From: Bigelowiella natans CCMP2755
Taxonomy: Eukaryota > Protista > Cercozoa
Length of the DNA: 64,000 nt
NCBI GenBank assembly: GCA_000320545.1
Contig: ADNK01000571.1
Coordinates: 17,290 to 81,289 of the forward strand
Direction: 5' to 3'
Shown: positions 53,901 through 64,000 of the stretch, piece by piece
How positions within the stretch are numbered: the stretch's first letter is position 1
Layout: every line of letters starts with the position of its first letter
The notes under the pieces: generated by a model
The model's database searches: none
What the model was told of the DNA's origin: nothing
The model's input: only the letters and a program-made list of their open reading frames with translations
Made by a program: the position numbers and the translations under genes

Positions 53901-54030
53901 GCAGAGAAACACTTTCATCGGTGTGTCAATGGCCAGAGGGCGAGTGCAATTGCCGCATCTCCTGACCTTACGAGACCCCGCAGTTAGTGCTGCAGCCTGT
54001 TTATCGCGCGCCTCAACAGCCCAGGCAGCC
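49355..54030 (-). CDS. Kelch-repeat (beta-propeller) protein with long acidic/low-complexity N-terminal part
   Basis: Repeated kelch units: RRSRHTATRVLGSVVLLGG, PSRRYDHSAC...IIVFGG, PRGRAGHTAC...LLVFGG, PAPRAYHCAV, MLVYGG...WEW, PSPRYRHTMT...LVMGG and PPIAGHTA...VIIGG. It ends ...IKYVDK*. The 5' boundary is uncertain and may join the 54300-55138 exons. Confidence 0.85.
50432..50489. repeat. 30-bp-period tandem duplication in an intron
   Basis: gatggttatagtgtagcagcatgcattg occurs twice, at 50432 and 50462. Confidence 0.9.
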
Positions 54031-54299
54031 TGTGAAGTGAAGGCGGCGGAGAAAAGAAGACAGAAAGCCGTCGATTAGTTTCAGCTGAAACCGTTGTGCT
54101 GCTGCTGCTGCTGCATGATCGTGGGGTCTAGCCAGCGACGACGGCAGCATTCAAGCCCTGAACCTTTCATCTACCATGCTCATTGCATTGTACGCGATTG
54201 AATTGTGTACTGTCTTACGCTGTGACACTGTTAATTCAAAACACGCGTTGCAGACTCAATATCCCACCCCGCCCCACCAGCGAGCGACGCATACATGCA

Positions 54300-55138
54300 C
54301 ACACGTACCTTTTTCTTATCCTTATCCTTCTTTGATTTCACTGCTTTTGGTCCGTGAAGCATCTCTCGATCTATTTTTACTCCGCACTGGGCTAAGGCAT
54401 GAAAGATGAATCGTTTCGCGGCAGCCTTGTCGATCCTACGCTGCCCGACCTTCTTTTTTCGGAGCGGAGTCTTCTTCTATCCGCAAAAAAACCAAAAAAA
54501 ACATCAATCATCTCGAGAATCGTTGAGGTCAAAATCTGGATGAAAGCAATAGCGATTATAACAACTGGGCCAGCAATTGTCGTATTGCAGCCACGTTAAT
54601 TCGATGTTGTTGGCGATGGCATCATAGAGTATCTACCACGCCCCTCTCCTCCTCCGAAATAAGAAAATGACCGTGACCTTCTGCAGCGGTGTGTCTGTTT
54701 TCTTCGACGCTTGGATTTGAATTCGTGTGGCTGAACTCAGGGCTTTTTCAAGGGTCGCTAGCTCTGGGCCCGGGCTGCGAAAGGTGCGGATGCGTGAGAG
54801 GCGGATCTTCTCAGAAACGAACCGTTCACAACACGTTTGAACGTTAGAAGTGGAAAACTTTGCAGGACTTACGTTGAACGCTGATGGGCATCGTTCGATC
54901 TTGTTACCGTCGACGTCGCTTTCCCCGAAATAACTCGACCGAGGGCGTTGATCACCTCCTCTGGGCTGGTGTTCTCCTTCTTCATCTCCTCGTCTAATTC
55001 CGAGGAGCCTTCCAGGAATTCCAACACGAGTTCCGGCATCTGGGACTTCAGCTTCATGAGCCTCATTTCCTTCCCGCGGCGTCCCTTACCCCTACCCGTC
55101 CCCTTTTTCACGCTGATGCGCGCTGAGCTGCTGGACAT
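54300..55138 (-). CDS. Hypothetical basic protein (separate gene or 5' exons of the kelch gene)
   Basis: MSSSSARISVKKGTGRGKGRRGKEMRL...MPELVLEFLEG...|IRLSRIRTFRSPGPELATLEKAL...|KKTPLRKKKVGQRRIDKAAAKRFIFHALA. Exon phases toward the kelch gene could not be resolved. Confidence 0.55.
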
Positions 55139-55599
55139 GGCAAGCCGACGTGGATGAGGCACGGTGCAGATCCGTCTGCTGCAATCTGTTCTGAGTCGAT
55201 CGCTTCGGACTTCTGATAATAATTTATCGAGTATATATCGTAAATAATTTCTATTATTCCACTCCCCTCTCCGCCCATCCCAGCTGAATTATTGTGCAAC
55301 AATTCGGCATTGTATTCAGATGTTTTCCGGTCGGATAGTGTACCAACGCCCAAGCAAGCAGAGAACGGGTGAACGGGGGATTTGTGGTTTCCGACTTAAT
55401 AAATACTCCTATAATTGATCGAAATGCTCTGCATATTACACATTATTAGGTACGAACAAGATATGCATCTCCCGATCATGCAGATCTCGTCCAAGAATGG
55501 GGGATTTTCAGGTCTGTGATGAGTGACTTCCAGCGTTGCTGAGCAATACGTACAGCTCTGCCCTTGCATCGCTCTAGAGATCGATAGCTAAGCGGCAGC

Positions 55600-56052
55600 A
55601 TGAGGGTCCAGGGAGTAATCGCGACCGTCATTTCTGTCGTTGTCCTTCTGGGGCTACTTCCGAGCACAGTGCGCTCCGACTGCTATGACAACAATACCTC
55701 CGGAACAAGGGACCATTGCTCCTCGAGCTACAAGAAAATCTGCTATACTAAGAAAACCGGGAACCCGTCGGCCATCTGTTTGACCTGCTCGAGCCTCGAA
55801 ACTTATGACTGCGAAAACTGCAAGTGCGTCCTGCAAACCGCCTACATTGCTTTAATCGTCATCGCCCCGGTGTTCACCACTATCCTGTGCGTTGGGTGCT
55901 GCTGCTACTATTATCGAGGGTGTCTGTGGTATCGATTGCGAATAGCCGCGGAAGAAAGACGGTCCTCGGACGTTTCAGCGCTCTCTGCGCTTTCCGCTCC
56001 TAATGTCAACTATGGCAACATCGACCAGGATGATGCCAGAGGGGAAGGCTGA
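55600..56052 (+). CDS. Intronless single-pass Cys-rich membrane protein (Shisa/CYYR1-like architecture)
   Basis: 150-aa ORF with signal peptide, 8-Cys ectodomain, TM (YIALIVIAPVFTTILCVG), then CCCYYYRGCLWY and a short cytoplasmic tail. Confidence 0.8.
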   Translation: MRVQGVIATVISVVVLLGLLPSTVRSDCYDNNTSGTRDHCSSSYKKICYTKKTGNPSAICLTCSSLETYDCENCKCVLQTAYIALIVIAPVFTTILCVGCCCYYYRGCLWYRLRIAAEERRSSDVSALSALSAPNVNYGNIDQDDARGEG

Positions 56053-56318
56053 AGGACTCCTTGTGCGCGTGCCGCCGGCACGACTCCAAAATTATATCAA
56101 CGTACAGCTACTTGACACTCGTCGGGAAGATACAGACGCTTCAAATCCAAATCAAAAACGAAAAATAATAATGTGACTTGCCATCATAGCAAATGCTGCC
56201 CAATTCCAAATTACTATCAACGCACAACTGGTGCACACTCGTTGGAAAAAGATACAAACGCGCACGATTCAATTCATGTAACGAAAATGTATGTCTTTCA
56301 GCATACGATACGGCAAAA

Positions 56319-56333
56319 ACACACACACACACA

Positions 56334-56390
<57 letters not shown>

Positions 56391-56483
56391 GACTATGCCA
56401 TATATAATATACTTATGTACATTCACATTGTACATATATTTTATAGCTAAATAAATATGTATAAATATAATATATATGTATTG

Positions 56484-56521
<38 letters not shown>

Positions 56522-56648
56522 TCAGCTACATATTGCACAACATCCATACACCTGGGGATAAATAGCTACATATTATCATGATATGTAAAGGCGGTTGATA
56601 TGGCAACCTAGCTGGATACATACCGCATGATGCAGGCTATCGGGAGCG

Positions 56649-56699
<51 letters not shown>
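56319..56699. repeat. (CA)n(GA)n and (AT)n microsatellites in a convergent intergenic region
   Basis: Directly visible at ~56319-56391, 56487-56519 and 56659-56699. Confidence 0.9.
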
Positions 56700-56700
<1 letters not shown>

Positions 56701-57155
56701 CATAAGCTGCTAGTGCGAGCCTTCTCTACTATTTGCATACTAAATTTGCGCCACCACAACATGTGTGTTTGTATTTTAACACGCAGCAAGCACACGAACA
56801 GATAAAAATGGCTGCATATATGTGATACTAATTGTGGGAACTAGTTACGTGCAGCTTTAAATGCTGTAGCCGCAGCTTTGCACAGCTACATTATGATGAT
56901 AATTGAAAGAATGTAATTTTGACTGCATCCGTCCCATATATATTGATGCGTGACACACATCTAAGAGATATGCACGCAATCGTTGCCAAGATTATTACCT
57001 TTGACAGCTTCCGCCATCATCGTCAGCCCACATCGGCCACACAAAATATTGCGACGTCGCGCAGTGAGTTGGAGCGCAATGTACGAGAAAAACGGAAGTG
57101 GGTACTGGATGTCTAAAGCAGAAACCCATCGATTCACAGTTTGAGCTTTGTACTG

Positions 57156-57877
57156 CTAAGACACCGCCGAAGGCTTGGATCGACGGAGCAGCATTGGCTC
57201 ATGGGAGAAATATTGCACTGGGAGTATATTTCCTATGTGTTATCGGCAATTGTAAGCCGAATTTTAGACGATAAGGCTGCTAATACGCATCGCCCCCAAC
57301 CGTGAACAATACAAAGGCGCTACTTTTGATTTGGCAGACCTGGAAGCATGCGAGCTCGCATTTCGTCCGTCTCAGAACTCACGTAAACCCTTTGCAGCCA
57401 CCTTGTTTTATGACAAAATTTGTGCAACGATTCGCATCAGATGCCTAGAAGTAGTTGTTGCAGCTGGAACGGGAAAATGATGATCAATTCGAAAAGAGGT
57501 GGGAAATCTCCATGTGTGACCGTGCAGACGACGGGGAGGCCGAATTGCCGCTGAGTGGATGATTATCCTGCTCTAGCCCATCTGTGTAGTCGCCTTTGTC
57601 TGCAAGCGAGGTGGGGGGGATGCTGTGATGGCTATTATCCTCAAATTCCCTTCTTCCATGAACACTCCGAGCATTGTCCACGATCAATACGTCGCCAGGC
57701 CGCTTATGATAGGAAGGGGAAGAGAGGGAGTGTGTAGAGGAGGGGGAGCAGAAGGACGAGGAGGGGAAGGGGGGGGGGGGATTGAGGAGGAACGATAGAG
57801 GGATCATAAAGCAATTTCATCATCCGGTAGTAGCATAGTGTCGCAAAGGCCGAGCGACTCACACATCGTATACCTCA

Positions 57878-57912
<35 letters not shown>

Positions 57913-58273
57913 ATATATTCTCTTCCTGGCGGATATTCAGAAACACATCGACAGCAGACCATCGGAATTGGCGTTGCTCTTTGCATCGCTGTCTCACTCA
58001 ACTTCCAATACGCAAGCTCGGCCTCCTCGTTCTCACTGCCACATGTCAGCACCAACATGTTTGGACACGAAGGATCAGAGAAGGAGCCGTAGGAATCTCT
58101 GGCACACATGCTACTAAGGACTATGCACACCAATGCTTTCGTCGTACCAATACATGCGGGCCCCTGGAAGGAATTCAGGGTGAAAAAGGCTCAGCCTCAA
58201 GCTGTTGGAGGAGGTGTCGCGGTCTAAAATCGGCACCGTTCTCTGTTGCAGAAGATGTCATATTCACACACAC

Positions 58274-58314
<41 letters not shown>

Positions 58315-60331
58315 CATACATAGGAGAGGGAGGAGGGGGAGCACGAATGAAAAACATACTCAAGAAGTGGATGGGCAAATGTCAAAAAGGAGAAGATGAA
58401 ATTGGGCTGCTGCTGCTAAGATTCGACACTCCAATATGCATCACCGATACGAGTAAGATGCCATTGTGTACGAGCGTTGTAATTGTACGAACCTTTGGGA
58501 TGGATCCGTCCTTAAACCGCCAATCCATCTCCAAGCTGCCAAAAATAGCCTCCGTAAGATCAACAGCAGGCAGCCGACATAGAGGAAGAGAAAATGCCAA
58601 AACATTGATTCGAAACCGCGAAACATTGGTAAAGACGCCACCAACGAGATTGCTCTACGACATGGCCAAAGTTGTGTAGCAGGATAAAAACCATTGAATC
58701 TTTTCAGTACTGTAAACAAGCGTGGAGTTGCATCATTTGAAAGTATGTTGCAGCGATCACCTGACGTTGCCGTTCGAAAGAACTTCGAGTTCCCTCTCTG
58801 CGTGTTTAAGATAAATATTGCAAGACAGACGACGGATTATGCCCACAGCAACGAGGAAGCGGCATGAAGCATAGCACAGTAGCAGAGGCACAGCGGAATT
58901 AGGCCTCCCAATGTTAAATTACACATTGAAGTAGAGAAGAAAAAGTTGATGAATAATGATGATAATGATGATGGTGATGATAGCGTGGCCTTTGACACAA
59001 AGCTGAATCATTATCTCATACTTGACATCTTACAGCTATTTCTTCTACTACCGGATAGAAACTTAAGGCAGTGGTCGTTTGATACGACTAGCGTCTCCCC
59101 CCCCCCCCCCTCGCCGCAACCCTCATGGGCGCGCAAGCAGGAGAAGAGCACGAAGTCACAGGACAGTGGCCGTGATGAGAAGCAAAATTCTCTGAAGAGG
59201 AGAGATCATAATAAGGATGATAGAGCGTACTACCGATGTAGTGTGTCTCAACTGTGCGCGGCGGCCGCACCCAACACCGCACTTACACATATACCAAGTC
59301 ACGAATGCACAAGGAAAACACAAACGCCATACGTCTAACCGATGCATAGGAAGGGGGTGCTTAGAGCCGTAGACCGACGCCTTTTCGACATCTTCAGTTC
59401 TGGGATAGATATCCTGGACTATATGTTCGCCGTGAAAGGATGAGAAGGTGTATGGAACTCCAAGCAACCCAGCCAACGCCAACAGCTTCGCCCTCGATTT
59501 AGGAGCAAGATGTGCTGCCGTGTGCGGGTGGGAGGGGAGCTCGAGGTCGGCTGAAAGACCTGAAGGAAGGAGGCGCAATGGTGACAGAGTTTTGTCGTGT
59601 GAGTGCGAGGGCGGTCCGTGGAAACTTTTCAACCCATAAGTAAGGAAGTAAGTAAGTAAGTAAGTAAGCATACCAGTGATCCACAGTGCTGCTGGGGCCG
59701 ATGGATCACGCATCCGCATAGTTTTTAATAGCTTGACGAGTTGCTGTGGGGCTGCTTCTTGAAACTAGCAATGGTTGTTTAAGCTTGTATGAAAATCAAA
59801 TCGAGCTGGTCTCTACGCCTCACCCCCTATTACTACCACCACCATCAACATCATCATCACCATCACTATTGCTCTATTCTTATCAACCTGGTGCAAAGCC
59901 ATGTTTATTTCCTCGTCTAAAGACGATGGTGGCAGTCCTCCATCTACGGCCCCGGGGCTGCTGTCGAGCAACGGCAGCCCATTATTATTTGCGAGGCTAT
60001 GGTTCGAAAATATTGCGAAATGTTCAATCCTGTCGCCTATCTGTTCCGAGGTGAACGTAGCTGACGTGGCAGTCCGTTTTGGAATTTGGCTACATGCTCT
60101 TCGTCTGCCTTTTCCCTCTGCACGCTGTTCTCTTTCTCTGAGCAGGAATCGTAATCGCCTCACTCCTCCACCTGCTTGCCGTAGCGCTGTCCGCGCCTCA
60201 AATCGAAGAGGGCCCATTGTTCCTGCAATATTCAAGTTTGAGGGTCACCCATCGAAGTATCTTCTGAAACGAAGGGCGAATGGCTGCCTACCAAATCCAC
60301 AAAGGAGGAGAAGAGTCGAGGTCGGCAGCAT
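57156..60331 (-). CDS. Clavaminate-synthase/AsnO/VioC-like Fe(II)/2-oxoglutarate hydroxylase with signal + Arg-rich leader
   Basis: LLALAGLLGVPY...HGEHIVQDIYP, GSKHPLPMHR|E (HxE), GGLRTDP, VPILDRD...LRL, RPGDVLIVDNARSVHGRREF and RWLQRVYV. Leader MLPTSTLLLLCGF|GTMGPLRFEARTALRQAGGGVRRLRFLL. The last exon is uncertain (stop at 57320 or 57156). Confidence 0.88.
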
Positions 60332-60782
60332 GCGATCGGTGTGGGAGCAGAGGATTCCAAGATAGAATCCCCGCGCTCGCCCACCTCACTCACTCCCTCC
60401 CGCCGTGTTGGGGGGGGGGCACAGGTGCTCTATCCACAGAGAACAGGCTCGGTTCTTGTCAGGCGAGAGCCCTATCTCCAATCGGTCCCATTTGGATGTC
60501 CGTTCGAGATTACATTTTCCACTCGTTCGACGCGTACCAAGCTCGTCATCATAGTGCGCCGCATACTTCCGATGTTTCCCGCTCAAAGTTCATGCTATCT
60601 GGCGCGGACCCAGAGCCAGCCCGTCACGTGAACCAGACAATGTGTTTTTGGATCGTCTGTTTACGATGTTCCCGGCGTGATTTATGACAATTATCGCGAC
60701 AGTGCTCGTCAGCAACGATCTCGACGACGACGAGGTTTTGAGGCAGCAGCTGCATCTGCCAGTTCCCGGAGCATTCCTTGCC

Positions 60783-61152
60783 ATGCCTTCCGATCACGAA
60801 TGGCTGGAAACCAAGACGAAGGTGCGCGATGGTGGTTGGACACATGCTAACTCGAGGAGTTCGAATCCATCGAGAGCTGCGTGCACGTGTGGCGTTTTAG
60901 GGGGTGTGCGCGCACGTCTTCACACATCGCCAACGACATGGAAGTTTCTGCGAGGCGACGAGTTGCGTCCGAAGCCTCGATGCACATTTTGGAATCAGTC
61001 TTGTTTTTTCTTTTTGGTGGGATTACCCTCTGATATGGGTTCGATCTTGTAGTGTAAATAATGCTCTGTCCTCCTCAGACAGCCATCCCGAGCCGCATCA
61101 CCAAACGAGCACTCATCGTTTTTTTTACTTGTATGCACTTTCGTTCGTTCGT

Positions 61153-61192
<40 letters not shown>

Positions 61193-61799
61193 GTGCGTGT
61201 GCGTGACCATCTAGGCCAATGCAGCTTTCCGAGCAAGAAACTTCAAGGAGGCCTGCCAAAAGGTAGCTATTATTTTCCTAGCTTGACTCGAGATGATGAT
61301 GATGATAACAGAGCCCGCATAGAATAATACACGGAAACACGGTGGTATTTATTTATGGGCGACACGATGGTAGATTATCCATCGCATGCAAACTGCATCA
61401 TCACAAGTTGAATATATGAATATCCTAAATGCTGGTTGGCTTCATTTCCACTATTCTTCCAAAGTTCTGTTGATGATGACATGTTGATGATGACAATGAT
61501 TTAACCTCCTCCCAGTATGGCGAAGCTATAGAGTTCCTCAAAGCATCTCAAAGAGAGACCAACAAAAGGGACAAAAAAAACAACAAGAAGGGAGCGAGAA
61601 AGAGAAAAAAGAGTGTGTCAAAGAAGGACGAAGGCGGGGATGAATACAAGAAACAAATGGCCATTCTCCACACAAATAGATCACAGGTTTTCACACCATA
61701 TAAACAATCTCTCTCTCTCTCTCTCTCTCTCCCTCTCTCTCTCTCTCTCTTCCTTTCTCTTCTCGTTCTAATATTTCGCTGAATATATGGGTGTGTGAG

Positions 61800-61831
<32 letters not shown>

Positions 61832-61844
61832 ATTATATATGTAT

Positions 61845-61884
<40 letters not shown>

Positions 61885-61930
61885 TGAGCCCAAAAGTGCT
61901 ATTTTGGTTGTCATTATGGTCATTACTATC

Positions 61931-61962
<32 letters not shown>

Positions 61963-63795
61963 GTCATCATCAGGGCCATCTGATGCTGAAGGATTACATA
62001 AAGGCTCTCAAAGATGCTGAGAAAGTATGGGATTCATCACGATTCTGAAAGATGTGTAAAGCATATCGTCATATGTGCTTTTCGTGAAACAAAACCCCAC
62101 AGCTTGATTCCAACCGTGGCATCCATTGTTTGTCGAGTGTTGCTCCTAGTCATAGAGTCTGTGCTACCGAACGATGTCTTAATCACCACATTGTGATCCT
62201 CGTCGTTATCGTCGTCGTCATGCTTGGTAGTGCGTGAAGCTCAATCCATCTAACGAGAAGGGCTGGCTAAGAGGTAGTAGTAGTAGTAGTGGTAGTGGTA
62301 GTAGTACCGTGCTCTACCTTCAGCGTCACCGTGTAGATGTGTTAGGCGAGAACCCCGCCATAATGCTACGCAAGTATTTTATGTACATAAATGACATCCT
62401 CTCAAAGGACGCACACACACACACACACAAACACAAACACACATATATAAGTAATACAATATATGCCTGCATGCATGCGTGTTTATATGTCTCAGGGGCT
62501 GTCGCACTGTCCAAACTAGAAAGGTACGACCGAATCATTACTTTAGGTGCCTGAATCGCTACAAATGCGTATTCTTCAAATGGATGTACGCATTGCTGTC
62601 GATATATTCCCTGATCGCACAGAGTGTCATCTTTACATCGTCGTCACCATTCCCACCATCACTATCACCACTATTATCATCAGAAACAAAGAGAGCATGA
62701 CCTGGATTGAACACATCTTGAGCGATAAACTAGAGACCTCAGAGAAATGCACCGCCCAGGTACTTGTAGTAGTAGCAGGGATAGTCAGAATTGGAAGGGG
62801 GAGGGGGGGCAGTTACACAAAGGCAAATGTGCAGTCGCAGTAGCATACACAACGTCGAGGACGAATTTCACGCACACACGTACACATACACAAATTCATA
62901 CGCAAAACACAATTATTGTGCGCAAAATATACAGGCGCAGACCCTCCTTCGACAGCTGCAAACTTCCATGTTTTCCTCTGAGATCAAAGCCGCTAAGACA
63001 AACGAGGTAATGTTATTCACACTGGGCAGCACTGAGTCTATCCGTGTGTGGCACTGAGTGCGCACAGCCAATCGATGAGTCAACCGAATAGCTGACGATG
63101 ATACACCTTCTTACTCCTTGGCAGGGGAAGGCTGCGACGATAGTGAAGATGCTCAATGCGTGGTTGAGCGATAATGCCGCAAAACCGGGTGATCCTGTGT
63201 GCCTTGTTCCTGCCGGATGGTGGAAGACATTCGTCCAGGGCAAGGACCCCGGGTAGCTCACCTATCTTCCGCCCCAAAATCGAGAAGAAGAAGGAGGAGG
63301 AGAAGATATCGAAACATGTCTTTTGCGTTTTTTCCTATTCTGCTGAGAGGAGGGAGGGGAGGGGGGTCGTGTTGCAGGATGAAGCTCATCGGTGCAAATA
63401 CCAACAGCCTCAAACACCTACATGGCACCATTCACTTCACATCTCAATCTTTCCGACATGTACTCCCCGATCAACCCTTCCCCCCCTCGTCCCATTCCTT
63501 CATCTATACTCTGTTTCCTCTTTCTTGCCGCTACACAAGCTCTATCGACAACACGCCTCTCCTGGTCCAAAGTTCCCCGAAGTCCCTCCTCCTCCCCCTG
63601 CTCCACACTGCAAGTGCTGCTACCGCTGACACTGTCGACAAGGAGGCAGGGGGGGGCGACAAGAAGCCTTCTTCTTCGACTTCCTCGGTTGCCTCCCCCC
63701 CAATTTCGCCAGATCTTTCGAGGATCCACCACACCGGTATCTTATTGAATGATGACCACGATATTGATGACGCAAATGACGAGGATGGATTATGA
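60783..63795 (+). CDS. TPR + DUSP-domain protein (probable ubiquitin-specific protease; 3' end likely beyond the window)
   Basis: TPRs KTK|ANAAFRARNFKEACQK|YGEAI, AILHTNRSQ, HLMLKDYIKALKDAEK, VKLNPSNEKGWLR and GAVALSKLERY. DUSP motif GDPVCLVPAGWWKTFV...PG|SIDNTPLL. Confidence 0.8.
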
Positions 63796-64000
63796 TAATG
63801 ACCATGATCATGATCATGATAGAAAGTCATCTCGCAACGTAAGGGGGGGGGGGATGGGGGGGGGGGGGACGGGGGGGGGGGGGAAATAAGGTTTTTTTTT
63901 TTTTGAGAAAGCAAATGCTTTTGAATAACCAAACCCATATAGCAAATACCTTCTAAATGCCCAAGGGAAAAAACCCTAAAAAAGGGGGGGGGGGGAGGAA

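Noticed and set aside
57981-58679. 232-aa plus-strand ORF
   Set aside because: It is antisense to the oxygenase gene and runs through (GA)n repeats, with no domain signal.
1-63795. Functional cluster of ubiquitin genes (TRAF ZnF, OTU1, TPR-DUSP)
   Set aside because: They are about 30 kb apart and interspersed with unrelated housekeeping genes, consistent with chance.
63835-64000. Long G runs and A/T homopolymers resembling a G-quadruplex or telomere
   Set aside because: No regular telomeric unit. It looks like an intronic G tract followed by low-quality read-end sequence.

Overview
Intron-rich eukaryotic nuclear DNA with GT-AG introns, many microsatellites and short divergent promoters. The style suggests a protist, possibly a chlorarachniophyte such as Bigelowiella; this is inference, not a database result. 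Most ORFs in the supplied track are microsatellite or intron artefacts. Splicing exons by hand gives about 21 gene models. In order: TRAF-type Zn-finger protein (partial), small secreted PSI-like protein, SPCS1/SPC12, IQ-DH-PH RhoGEF, NIPA Mg2+ transporter, SQD2/MgtA-like GT4, SDR, mitochondrial uL15, p24/emp24, ankyrin/coiled-coil protein, OTU1/YOD1, TTLL, kelch-repeat protein, intronless Shisa-like protein, clavaminate-synthase/AsnO/VioC-like Fe(II)/2OG oxygenase with a bipartite leader, and TPR+DUSP protein (partial), plus four hypothetical genes. The most unusual signal is non-coding. Three head-to-tail intergenic spacers contain islands nearly free of TpA except inside CTAG, while CpG is kept. 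Similar-looking tracts between convergent genes stay TpA-rich. This points to a localized TA->CA/TG (A:T->G:C) mutational or epigenetic process that spares CTAG. Gene coordinates are hand-derived, and terminal exons are approximate.
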